Notes under the pieces: model-generated
What the model was told of the DNA's origin: nothing
The model's database searches: none
What the model saw: only the letters and a program-made list of their open reading frames with translations
Program-made: the position numbers and the translations under genes
Part shown: piece after piece, positions 51,259 to 61,539 of the stretch
Position numbering within the stretch: position 1 is the first letter of the stretch
Layout: every line of letters begins with the position of its first letter
Assembly (NCBI GenBank): GCA_907165135.1
Contig: OU015569.1
Span: 11,656,001 to 11,720,000 of the forward strand
Reading direction: 5' to 3'
From: Oikopleura dioica
Lineage: Eukaryota; Animalia; Chordata
Length of the DNA stretch: 64,000 nt

Positions 51259-53556
51259 CTAACCGGCCTTGCCGAGTTCGGTCTTTATCAAAAGCTTGTT
51301 CGTTCGGTGGATGAAGGAGTCGAGGATCGAAGAAATCGTCCAGACGCCGCCGATGATCGCGCAAACTGACGTGGCGAAATGAACCAACGATCGGCGAGTC
51401 TCCGTCTAATAAAGAATGATAAGGGGGTAGCAGTCGTTGTTTTTATCTTTCTTCTAACGTTTCTTCTGGTGTAAATGTCCTTTGCAAAAGAACCTGTGTC
51501 AGATAAAAGCCGTTTTTGTTAATCTTTTCACTACTGTATGAGTCTGGACTCCTAAGCTGTGTAAGAAACCTGAGTCAGTCTCCTAGAAAAACTTTGAACT
51601 ACAAATTCAATCTAATTTTTCAGCTGAGGCGAAGCAGTTTCGCGGCTGGGTTTTTAAGAAAGCCTCTTTTCATCTTTCATCAAAGCTCTTCTAGGACCCT
51701 GACTCAGGGTTTTTACACTGGTTCCCGAGCTCAGAGTCCAGTAGTAGAGAAAATTCAACCGAAAACGGCTTTTATCGCCGGCTTCATCCTTATTTTTATA
51801 AAAAAAGAACTGTAGCTGTACCTTGATAACTGCAATAGGCGCAATTTCGAAGTGAAAGTTGATGCCTGGAAGTCGACTGCTCATCTGGCTGAGCGCTTTT
51901 TCATGCCGCGTCACCGAGAATTGATTCGTCGCCGTCTGCGTTCCGTCCAGTTTACGGAACTCGGTTGGGATCACCTTGAAGTTGTAGTGCCAGGCCATGT
52001 TCAGCGCCTCAGCTTTGTGCTAGAATTGAAAATTAGAGCAGATCGAAACAGTCAAAACTTACTTCGGAGTTGTCCAGTGGATTTTCTTGGCCGGGGAAGA
52101 CTTCGCCAAAGCTCAAGTGATGGATTGTGTGGCTAAAGAAAGCTTGATGGCAACAGTTGTTATTCGGCATGTTTACCTAGTATCGAAATTCATGTGCTTC
52201 ATCCCTCGAATATCGTGAACAACGCTTCCATCTAAAACGAGCGTCTTTCCAGGCGAAATCTGCAGCGATCCAGAAACTCGATTTACTTCCAAATGTCCGT
52301 GAACGCGGCAACTCTCTCCCAGCGTCTTTTTCAGCTCTTCTTCCAAGTTGAAATGCTCTAAAAACAAAGCCGCTCAGAAAAAATCCTCGAAGACAAGAAT
52401 TACCGTTGACGCACTGGGAGAACTGCTGAGCGCTAGAATCAAACGCCCAGCCCTTGTTTCTATACGCTTGTTGGACTTCTTCGCAGGAATTGCAGCAGGG
52501 GTGTTCCTCCGTTTCCGCACCGTAGCAACTTTGGCACTCGTCTTCTTTCAACGCCAGGCCGGTTTCTTCTTCTTATTTTGGATCAGAGAGAATTTAGCGC
52601 AAACTTTGCTCGGCGATCTGTGTAGAAAGATGACTCAGGGTCCTGAAATAGCTTCGCTAGACCTTTAAAAGATATTGAGACCCTTACTCAGGTTTCTAGA
52701 CAGGTTTTCAAGCTCAGACGCGAAGAAATCAGAAAAATAATATATTTAATTGATGATCCTTTCCTTTCTTTTCATCTTGAAGCTTTTGCGCGTTGATTTC
52801 TTCGACCTTCTCCGAGTTCGAAACTTCTTTTCCGTCCTTCATCCTCGTCTTGAATAGCTGATGTTCCGCGTCTGCTCTGTCTCCCGTCAAATCCATCGCG
52901 TCGATCGAAAAGTAGTTGCATGGCAAACCAGCTACTGTCAGATCCAGGTTTAGCACTAGCTTGCCCCCGCGAGTATTGTCCACTCGTAGCTCCGATACAA
53001 CCTTGAATTTGAGTTCTTTATCTTTCTTAACTTTTCTACAAAACACTGCGCAATTAAGAAATTTTTCCATCAAGCCTCGGATTGGTCGAACAATCAAGAG
53101 TTCCAAATCAATGGAGAAGCGTACCTGATTGTTCGACTGATCAAAGAATGAATAGAAAATGACCATCTGGGCTCAGCAACCTGTGTAAAAACCTGAGTCA
53201 GGGTTCTGAAAGAGCTTTTTATTGGAGCTCTTCCAAAAAACCTGACTCAGGTTTCTACTCAGGTTTCTGAGCCCAAATGGTCGTTACTGAGCGACGCTTC
53301 TGTAGAAAAATATAAATACGAGTAAATAAATTAGTTTAATTCAATATTAAACTTATCAAAATACAATTAGTAAAAAAAATCTGATGTAGAACTCTTCCTC
53401 AGTCGTCAAATAATAATTCAGCTCTGAGAAAAAGAGCAGCATGCAAAGAAGACTGCAGCATATCGTAATTACGGCGCCGGTGACAGTCCTTTCGCGGAAA
53501 TCCTCGACTGGCTTGGTGTACGCGTCAAACTTGCGAATTTGGCTGAGGAAGCCCAT
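51259..53556 (-). CDS. ERGIC3: ER-Golgi intermediate compartment protein 3 (Erv46)
   Basis: IRKFDAYTKPVEDFRERTVTGAVIT, LPCNYFSIDAMD, CQSCYGAE...CCNSCEEVQQAY...GW, CRVHGHLEVNRVSG, HTIHHLSFG, NQFSVTRH, CAIIGGVWT, end ELGKAG*. First intron has a GA donor. Confidence 0.95.
53167..53276. mobile_element. Family A MITE, minimal form, in ERGIC3 intron 1
   Basis: TIRs; the flanks GACCAT/ATGGTC extend the inverted repeat. Confidence 0.88.
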
Positions 53557-53629
53557 CTTCGATTCGTCGTCAGTTCTCGTTCATCCTTAATTCTTCGGAC
53601 AATTCGCTCCCGAGATGAGAAGCAGCGCC

Positions 53630-53670
53630 GAGCGACCAATCAGCGCGCGCCATATTTGAACCCGCCTTGA
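53630..53670. promoter_or_regulatory. CCAAT box and GC-rich segment upstream of ERGIC3
   Basis: GACCAATCAGC about 80 nt upstream of the ERGIC3 ATG. Confidence 0.4.
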
Positions 53671-54203
53671 CGACGCAAAATTCTACCTATTTTCGCAGTG
53701 TTAGTACCAAAAACTCGCTGGTACTTCTGATGCGACAAAAAGGGTTGAGAATTAAGGGATGGAGACCCTTAATTTCGATTCCCTTTTCGTCCCTCTATTC
53801 TTTCTAATGACCGAAAATTGGGAAATTCTAGCGTCAATTGCTCATCAAATTTGTTGTTTCAAAAATACCAGTTTATTCTTTGGCGCTTGGGATAAGATTA
53901 AGGCTTTCCCATCCTTATTTTCTCTTGAGAAGTAAGGCCGGGAGAGCCTTAATCTCAGCCCTAAATGTCATCAAATAAACCGGCATTGACAGTAAAGTAT
54001 CGCCAGTACCGTATTGCTTGAACAATGAATTTCAATGAGCATTCTCGGCTAGAACTTTCCAATCGGTCGTAAACTAAACTACGAAAAGAAGGTTTTTATA
54101 TTTGCATAATCCACTGACATTTCGACAAGATTCGACACCTGCTCTCAAAAATACGATTCGCAGAGTCATTTCAAGAGTTTTAGAGTTTCAGGAATTTTTA
54201 AAA

Positions 54204-55480
54204 ATGTCTTTGTTGTTTTCTCTCTTTTTTCTAACGTTCTTTCACGAAGCAAGTCCGAAAATAAGTAAGTTTTTCGAAAAATAAAAAGTGCTAAAGTGGA
54301 GTTGAAAGGTGGATCGGAAGGCTGGTTCCCTGGAGCGGACGGTTTCGCCTATGAAATCGACGAAGAAAAGGGAGAGATCATTTTCAGGCTGGATGATCTG
54401 GTCGATATGCCTTACTATCTTGGAGTCGGATGGAACAACAATACTCACGACGATAGTACTCATACAAAAACCATGATTGTAAGGCTCAATCCTGGGTTCG
54501 GCAATCGGTTTCGCAACCTGAGTCAGGGTCCTGACTCAGGATCCTTCAGGACTCTGACTCAGGTTTTTAAGCAGGTTGCCAAGCACAGGCTAAAACTAAG
54601 GGTCGGCACCGACCTAGAAACCAGCCTGGATGGTTGGTTTGTCGATTTTGGTCGGTTTTTTGACAGGTATTTACAAAAAAAACGACCAAAATCAGACCAA
54701 AACCCAAGCATCAAAAATGCAGGTCGATGCCGACCCTAAGCTCTTATCAAAGTTGATAATTGTAGAACTCGGAGCTGCTGATTTGGGATGGAGGATCAAT
54801 TCATAAAGATGAAAATTACAAGGGCGCGATTTGGCCGTACTTTGGAGGTCACTTTGCTGGCGGAGCCGAATGGAGGTTAGCTTTTCAAGAGTTGAATTTA
54901 CTTTACGATTTTTTAGCGAGCAAGCAATGACTTACTGGAAGCGAACGCCAGGATCGGCTCATCCAGATGGAAAGCCGCGCTGGTCGCGAACTCTGAAGCG
55001 GCCGGAAGGATGCAGCAAATGCATTGAAATCGAAAAGAACAAAGAGTACTGGGTCATGTCCGCTCGGGGGTCGACTTTCGACGGCGAAGGCAATTGGAAG
55101 AGACAAAAAGAAGACCCAAAATACGCGGCGTGGTCCGACTGGCCCGGCCCAAGAGCTGGCTATCATGTAATTTTAATCTTAATTGAGTCGGATATTGAGT
55201 TGGTTTGTTTAACAAGAATTCTAGTACGCAAAAACCCAGCGAGAAAAAATCATCATCTGGAAAGAACATGAATTCGACAATTTGTGTAAGATGCCCCTCT
55301 TTCAAAAAACTTTTTCAAATCAGTCTTTCAGATCACATGACAAACCATCACGAAGACGCTTGGAACAAACGAGTGGACTCGATTGGACAGAAAAATCTAA
55401 CCAAAGTCCCGCAGAATTCAGCTCAAATCCTCTGTCTCTTCTCTAGCTTGCTTGTTTTCTTGGGAATAAATTTGGTTTAA
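54204..55480 (+). CDS. Secreted, possibly GPI-anchored protein, weakly DOMON-like
   Basis: Hydrophobic N-terminus MSLLFSLFFLTFF; YLGVGWNNN, RWSRTL, YWVMSARG; hydrophobic C-terminus QILCLFSSLLVFLGINLV*. The first junction phase is unresolved. Confidence 0.55.
54492..54588. mobile_element. Family A MITE, degenerate
   Basis: TIR remnants; possible TSD GCTCAATC / GCTAAAAC (6 of 8). Confidence 0.75.
54600..54736. mobile_element. MITE with GGG termini and TAA TSD (PIF/Harbinger-like by inference)
   Basis: TAA|GGGTCGGCACCGACCT ... AGGTCGATGCCGACCC|TAA. Confidence 0.75.
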
Positions 55481-55869
55481 AAGAATTTGATTAACTGAGG
55501 CTCTTCTGAACACCATAATTGCTCCTTAGAATTGGTTGGCTTATTTTTCAAAATATTGGCCTAGACGAATTAAATTAATTTAAAATGCTCCTCAACATCT
55601 GATTCCTCATCATTTTCCGGCGCTTGAATTGGATCGGAAATGAAATTTTCGAAAACTAAATCGGCCAAATTTCGTAGAATTTCCTGCTGATTTCAAAAAC
55701 GTACGGTGTAGAAGACCTAGATAGGGCTTATAAGGCGCAAGTGGGCTAGAAAACTTCGCCCATCTTAAAAAAAGCGCGTCAATGTAAATCATAATCAGAA
55801 TTCTGATAGAAGCAGATTTGGCGAATAAAAACCATCGAATTCAATGAATACCAAAGAGGCCATTTCTGA

Positions 55870-56472
55870 TTGGTTCATTTCTCAGATCCAGTCAGCAAAA
55901 GAGTCGATTCAAAAGAGATAAAAAAGAGTATGAAAAAGTGGCTCGTTTTCGGAAAATGGATTCAATCCAGCGGCGCTCTTCCTCCCCGCCAATTCTACAC
56001 ACAGGAAGGTCGACTCGCTAGTTTTTTTTTACTCTTCGTTGATTTCAAAAATCGAGTCCCACTTCAGTTCAGAAACAAAAAGGGAAAATTGAAGCTGATC
56101 GAGCCTCCAGCTGAGGAAATCAAGGTGTTTTTCGAGGCCGGTGCTTCCAGAGGCGGCGGCCAAAAAATGAACAGAACTCATAGCATGGCCAGAGTTGTCC
56201 ACGTTCCAACGAAGACTACCGCTAGATGTCAGGACACGCGCTGGCCGAAGGAAAATGAGGAACTGGCCCTTCTTCATGTTCGTTATCAACTGGATAAAAA
56301 AGTAAACGAAAATGGTGTTGTCGCGCAGTACGAAAAAGAACTGGAAGAGTTTTTGAAAATGGAAGAAATCGAAAACCAGCGACTTCGCGAAGAAGAACTT
56401 GTTTCTTTTCGCGAAGAAAGAGACGCGCAAATTGATAATTTTCAGCTTCGAAGGAAAGGAGGGCTTTTCTAG
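55870..56472 (+). CDS. MTRFR: Mitochondrial release-factor-like GGQ protein (C12orf65/MTRFR type); N-terminus uncertain
   Basis: GASRGGGQKMNRTHSMARVVHVPTKTTARCQDTRWPKENEELAL matches the short RF-1 domain, followed by a charged C-terminus. Confidence 0.7.
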   Translation: MVHFSDPVSKRVDSKEIKKSMKKWLVFGKWIQSSGALPPRQFYTQEGRLASFFLLFVDFKNRVPLQFRNKKGKLKLIEPPAEEIKVFFEAGASRGGGQKMNRTHSMARVVHVPTKTTARCQDTRWPKENEELALLHVRYQLDKKVNENGVVAQYEKELEEFLKMEEIENQRLREEELVSFREERDAQIDNFQLRRKGGLF

Positions 56473-57185
56473 CTTTTTTTCTTGCGATTAGTTGAGAAAG
56501 CTTTTTGAAGTTCTCACGTTCTTGTTTTGAAAGAACAAGGGATTATAAAATACGCAGAAACTGGGCATCAAGTTGATATTGGTGGAGACATGGAAGAAGC
56601 CAAGGAACGACTCAGGTAAGAGACTATCAAGAGATCATTTCCCGTCGTGTTAAAACTATAATATCCTTATTTATTTTTCAAATATAGAAATCCCAAAGAA
56701 ATCTTTCCGCAAGAAAAAAACCCCATATTTTCAAAAAGAGCGATTTACACGTGCTCTCATAGATGCCTAAACACCATAATAGCTCATCTGAATTGTTTTT
56801 CATGTTTTTTCGAGACCGGTGTGAATGCTGTATAAAATGCAACTAATCAGGTAAGGTGAGGTTAAGTGTAAGGCTCAGGGAAATTATTTACCATGTTAGG
56901 TAATATCATGATGCAAATTAGGCGACGCAAGTTTAAAACTGCAAATTCGCATTCATGCAAAGATTGAACATGAAATTCAGACAAATTGTGGCTGCTGCAA
57001 AATACGATCATACTTTGAACTGAAGAAAATGAAGACTTATTTCTGCGAATAATTTATTTGTTATCATTGTTAATTTGAACAATAAAAGATAGGCAAGCAA
57101 GAAAAAATATAGTTAATTTAGCAGGGTCACTGTTAATGCTACTCTGTAGCGCATTAGTGTACTGTTTGTCAATGAGAGAAAGTTT

Positions 57186-58115
57186 TTAAATAAATTCGGA
57201 GCGAGGAGGAGGGTTGTATCTGTTGGTGTTGGGAATCGGGCCGCCGTAGGTGTCGTCGTCATCGTCATCGTTGTCGGAGCAGGTGGCGGAGATTTGACAC
57301 GCGCCGCCGATTATTCCAAGCACCATCGCCGCCCAGCCAAGAAACAGCGCCGTTCCGTAGACGAATCTGAGCAATTTTGGGTATTTCGAAGAACGAAGAG
57401 TTGAAATTACCTTGTTCCAGCGGCACCCATGGAGTTGACGCCTCCTGCAGAGCTGAGGCCGATTCCACTCATGCCACCTGATTGGTAAAAGTCTTGAACC
57501 ACCAATGCAGCGTAGAAGCTTACTAGAAATCGTTGAATAACATAGGTTTTTAAAGGAAGAAACCCCCTTAAAATCCACTCTAATTACCTGCTACTCCAGT
57601 GCAAAGACCGTTGAGCAGCCAGAAAACTCCACCAGTAATTGCAACTGAAATGAGTTTGTTAAATTTTTTGATAAATGCAAAAAAACTCTACCTTTTCTCT
57701 TTGATTCTTGAGAATCTTGCATCATGCTAGTGCACGAAAGTCCAACATTCGACAAAATATAGCCAAGGAAGCCAAAAAGGCAGGCGATGACCATCAACGC
57801 TCTAGCAGCCTGCAACTCTGGCGGGAGACCAAGGAGCATTCGGTCAAAGTCGTCGCAGTGCCACTGGCCGGTGGAGAAGTACTGGCAGTTCCACCAGATT
57901 CCTTGCTTCTTTACTTGCATTTCGATGACTTCTCCGACCATGTCTTGTCGTCGCCACTCCGGCATCACACAGGTCACCAGGGACAGCGCTAGAATTTCGC
58001 ATTAGAGAAGGAAATATCTTCATCCTTTAAAAAACTTCGTCTTTTCTCTTGATTTCTCACCTGATCCAATAAGACCAGCGACATATCCAGTCAGCTGGAG
58101 CGCGGAATTAACCAT
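57186..58115 (-). CDS. CLDN: Claudin
   Basis: MVNSALQLTGYVAG, PEW...GIWWNCQYFSTGQWHC signature, LQAARALMV, FVYGTALFLGWAA, C-terminal SEFI*; four GT-AG introns. Confidence 0.93.
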
Positions 58116-58473
58116 TTTACGCCCCTAGTTTTTGGAATGAAAGAAGTTTCAGATCAGCTTTTGTGAAAATTATTATCACATGAGCCTAAGTTTCTTCTCT
58201 GAGATTCTTGAGTTGTCTTCTGAGCACCATCAGAGAGTGGCGCGATCGCTTTTTGCTGCTGCTGCCCCGGGCTACACCACCATCAGCGATAAATGCTCAA
58301 GGGCAGCTTTTTTGCTCTGACAATATACTACGACGAATTCCATTGACATTATCTCAAGGGCTCTGTTCACTCTAAGAATAGAAGCTTAGGTTTTCTGCTA
58401 TTCATTCGTTTATTTTCAGCGATATTTTCCAATGTGTTATTTACAGTATGAAGCAAAATCCATTGCAAAATGC

Positions 58474-59158
58474 TTAGAAATCCAAGCCACGGGACCAACA
58501 ACGAGCGCTTATTACCCTGTACTTTTCTTTTTGATTTTCGAGCTGTTTTTTCATCTCTTCTTCTTTTTCCTGAAATTTTTGCTCGCACAAGTGACGATCA
58601 ATTACACGACTTTCCGCAGCGCAAAAATCACATCTGAAAGTCTTTTTAGTCAGTTTGCTTAGAATACTAAATCTCACCTGACAAGCCATCTACATGATAT
58701 TTCCCAGTGCTCGTCGAAGTCCGGATACTTCATTTCCATCTTATAATTTTTCAAAAGAACCGAAAGTGAGTTTCTACCTTGCATTCTTTATCAGAGCATC
58801 GGACCAATAGTTTATTCATCATCTTCAGATAAAACTCCGAAGCAGGGTAAAATGTTGGTGGAGGACGCCATGGTCCATTTAGCAAATCGAGGCTTACTTC
58901 TTTATCACAAATAGGACAGTTGGTGTGATAAGTTTTATCGAGCTTTGTATCGTCTATCCAGCATTTCCGGCAAACATAATTGTTGCAGCAGGCCGTCACT
59001 ACCGGATCTACGATGTCTTCACCGCATTTTTTGCATTGGAAATCTTTGGATCGGAGACTAGCAGTAATGCCTTTTAGAGGTTTCCAAATAAGACGCCCTG
59101 TTGAAGCTCTCTCAGGATCATCTGAATCGTAATCTTCGGAATTCGGCTGCTCTATCAT
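58474..59158 (-). CDS. RING-finger protein with TRAF-like zinc finger and coiled coil, paralog 1
   Basis: CKKC...TACCNNYVCRKC...CPIC; LLVRCSDKECK/MEMKYPDFDEHWEISC; FRCDFC...HLCEQ. Confidence 0.8.
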
Positions 59159-59382
59159 TTCAAAATTATTCGTTAAAAGTGAGCCTTTGACCAAGGGCCT
59201 TGGTCCAAGGCGACGTCGCTTTTATACAAAGCTGCGGAGTCTCGCGAAATTTCATTCGCAGAAGAGACAGAAATTGATCTTTCTCGATTGAGAATTGCAG
59301 TTCTTTTCGTTTATTTTTTTCAGTGATATCTTTTCTAATAATGTTTTCCCAAAAAGTGTCAATTACAGTGAAACTTCAATTT

Positions 59383-60120
59383 TTAAAATTCCCAATCAAA
59401 TTCGAATTCTTCATAAAAGAGTCTTCTTTGTCGATCAATCAAGTTCTTGTACTTTTGTTTTTGAGCCTCAAGTTCCTTTTTCATCTCTTCCTTTTTCGCG
59501 CGAAATTTTTGTTGACAAAGGTGACCGTCCTGAACTCGACTTTCTGTCAAGCAGAAATCGCATCTAAACTTTCTATCAATCCGGAAAACGTAGAAAATCT
59601 CACCTGACAAGCCTTTTGCAGAACTTTTCCCAATGCTCGTCGAAATCTTCGAACTTCATTTCCATCTTCAAATTCAATCTGTTTCGTGAGAAAGAATTGA
59701 TTTTACCTTGCACTCAGTATCGCAGCATCGAACCATTCGTGCATTCATCATCTTCAGAAAAAACTTCGAAGCGGCGTAAAATGTTGGCGGAGGAGGAAAA
59801 CGAGGGTAGAAGCCATGTGGCGAATCAATATGGAAATCAACTGCTTTAAAACAAATCGGACAGTCGCTGTGAAAACTTCCATCAAAGTCTGAGGTGTGAA
59901 GATCGTCTGTCCAGCATTTTCGGCAAACATAACTGTCGCAGCAGGCCGTCACTACTGGATCTGCAATGTCCTCGCGGCATATTTTGCATTGGAAGTCTTT
60001 GAACCGGAGATTCGCGGCAATGTCTTTCTCGGGCTTCCAAAACAGGCGTCCTGTTAGAGCTCTCTCGGGATCATCCGACTCGTAATCCTCGAACTTGAGC
60101 TCGTTGTTTCGTCTCTCCAT
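59383..60120 (-). CDS. RING-finger protein with TRAF-like zinc finger and coiled coil, paralog 2
   Basis: CKIC...TACCDSYVCRKC...CPIC; same two intron positions as paralog 1; ends EEFEFDWEF*. Confidence 0.82.
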
Positions 60121-60450
60121 CGTTTTAAAGATATCTTCAAAGTGAATTTTTCTACCAAAAAGGTGTCGCTTTTATACGAAGCTTCGAGGTATCGCAATAT
60201 TTCGCAAAGATAAGAGAGTTAAATTGAAGGAAAAGGCTCACTCATAAAAGTTATTTTTTTTCTTATTTCATTGCTCTTTGTAGATAGTGATGGTTATCAT
60301 CAAATGATGGCACTTTTGTTCTCGGCTGGTCATTTGTTCAATTCCGGACAATCTGGAGTCCAGACTCTGGAACATCTGCTTTCTTCAAGTAGCGCCATTT
60401 AACTGATTTTGCGGATATAAATAAGCATCTGAAAATTGAACTTCATAAAA

Positions 60451-61041
60451 ATGAATACTCAGCAAGATTTTCAACTAAAAAAACGGAAGGCCACCGATGA
60501 TGCAGAGAAGAATGAATCAAAGAAGACAAAGACTGTGGAAGAGTACACCCAGCATCTTCGAGAAAAGAACGTCGCCCTGAAACAGAAGTGGGACCAAATC
60601 GCTGAAATGGACCCGGAAATCAACGAGTTAGATAGAAAACTCTACTTTCTCAAGCGGAAACGAAGTGTCGAAAGAGAAGAGTACAGGAAAGAGCTCGAAA
60701 AGCTCAAGGAAGAAAGCTGCCCTCCCGAAGGAATCACCCAGCCAGATGATCTTTTTGAACAGGATCTCGCGATGTTCGAGACGATAATGGCACATCTCCG
60801 CGAGATCGAGGGCGATACTTCTTCCCACAAAGCGTTTGTCGACTTTCTCAACATAATCACCCACTTTGAATGCTCAGGTAAGGTCTCCGGCATCGGCCCG
60901 ACTTACTCCAAGCGAATCCGCGAAGCACGACCAATTTCTGATTTCGAACAAGTGCAGAAAATTCTTGGAAAGAAGCGAGCGACGACTATTGCATTGAAAT
61001 TCGAACAACATTCTATGTACAGATACAATCCAAACAAATAA
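60451..61041 (+). CDS. Intronless coiled-coil protein with a C-terminal helix-hairpin-helix motif
   Basis: Basic KKRK patch, coiled coil, then KVSGIGPTYSKRIREARPISDFEQVQKILGKKRA (ComEA/KIF22-like HhH). Confidence 0.7.
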   Translation: MNTQQDFQLKKRKATDDAEKNESKKTKTVEEYTQHLREKNVALKQKWDQIAEMDPEINELDRKLYFLKRKRSVEREEYRKELEKLKEESCPPEGITQPDDLFEQDLAMFETIMAHLREIEGDTSSHKAFVDFLNIITHFECSGKVSGIGPTYSKRIREARPISDFEQVQKILGKKRATTIALKFEQHSMYRYNPNK

Positions 61042-61539
61042 AAAATATCAAACCATATTCTTGTTGATTGATTTTTACACCAAGCAAAACGCAAAACCGC
61101 ATCCCACAACAACAGTTATATAATCATACAAGAGAGATTTCGAAAGGGCGGAGGGGAGGGGGATAGAAATACAAAATATTTCTGATTCATTTGATCGTTG
61201 AATATATCATTCAATCAGATGAAATTCTACGAGCCAGCGCTCATTTATGGTCTCTCCTTCGATTGTCCTTGAGAATTGATTCTCATTTTTATCATTGAGC
61301 CTTTATCTTTATCGAAAAAAAACGCTTTCTATTATTATTATCTTTTTTATTTAATTTTGTTCCATTTGCCATCACAATCACCAAATTTCAAGTCAATTTC
61401 AGACTCGCAACAAATCTAATACCGCTCTTTTTCCAGAAAATTGAAGTTTATTTATCTTTGAAAGGATAGACGAATGTACAGGAGTTCGGTCGATAATTTG
61501 ATAAATACAGTAGTAGATACAGTAGTTGTTCTGTTCACC

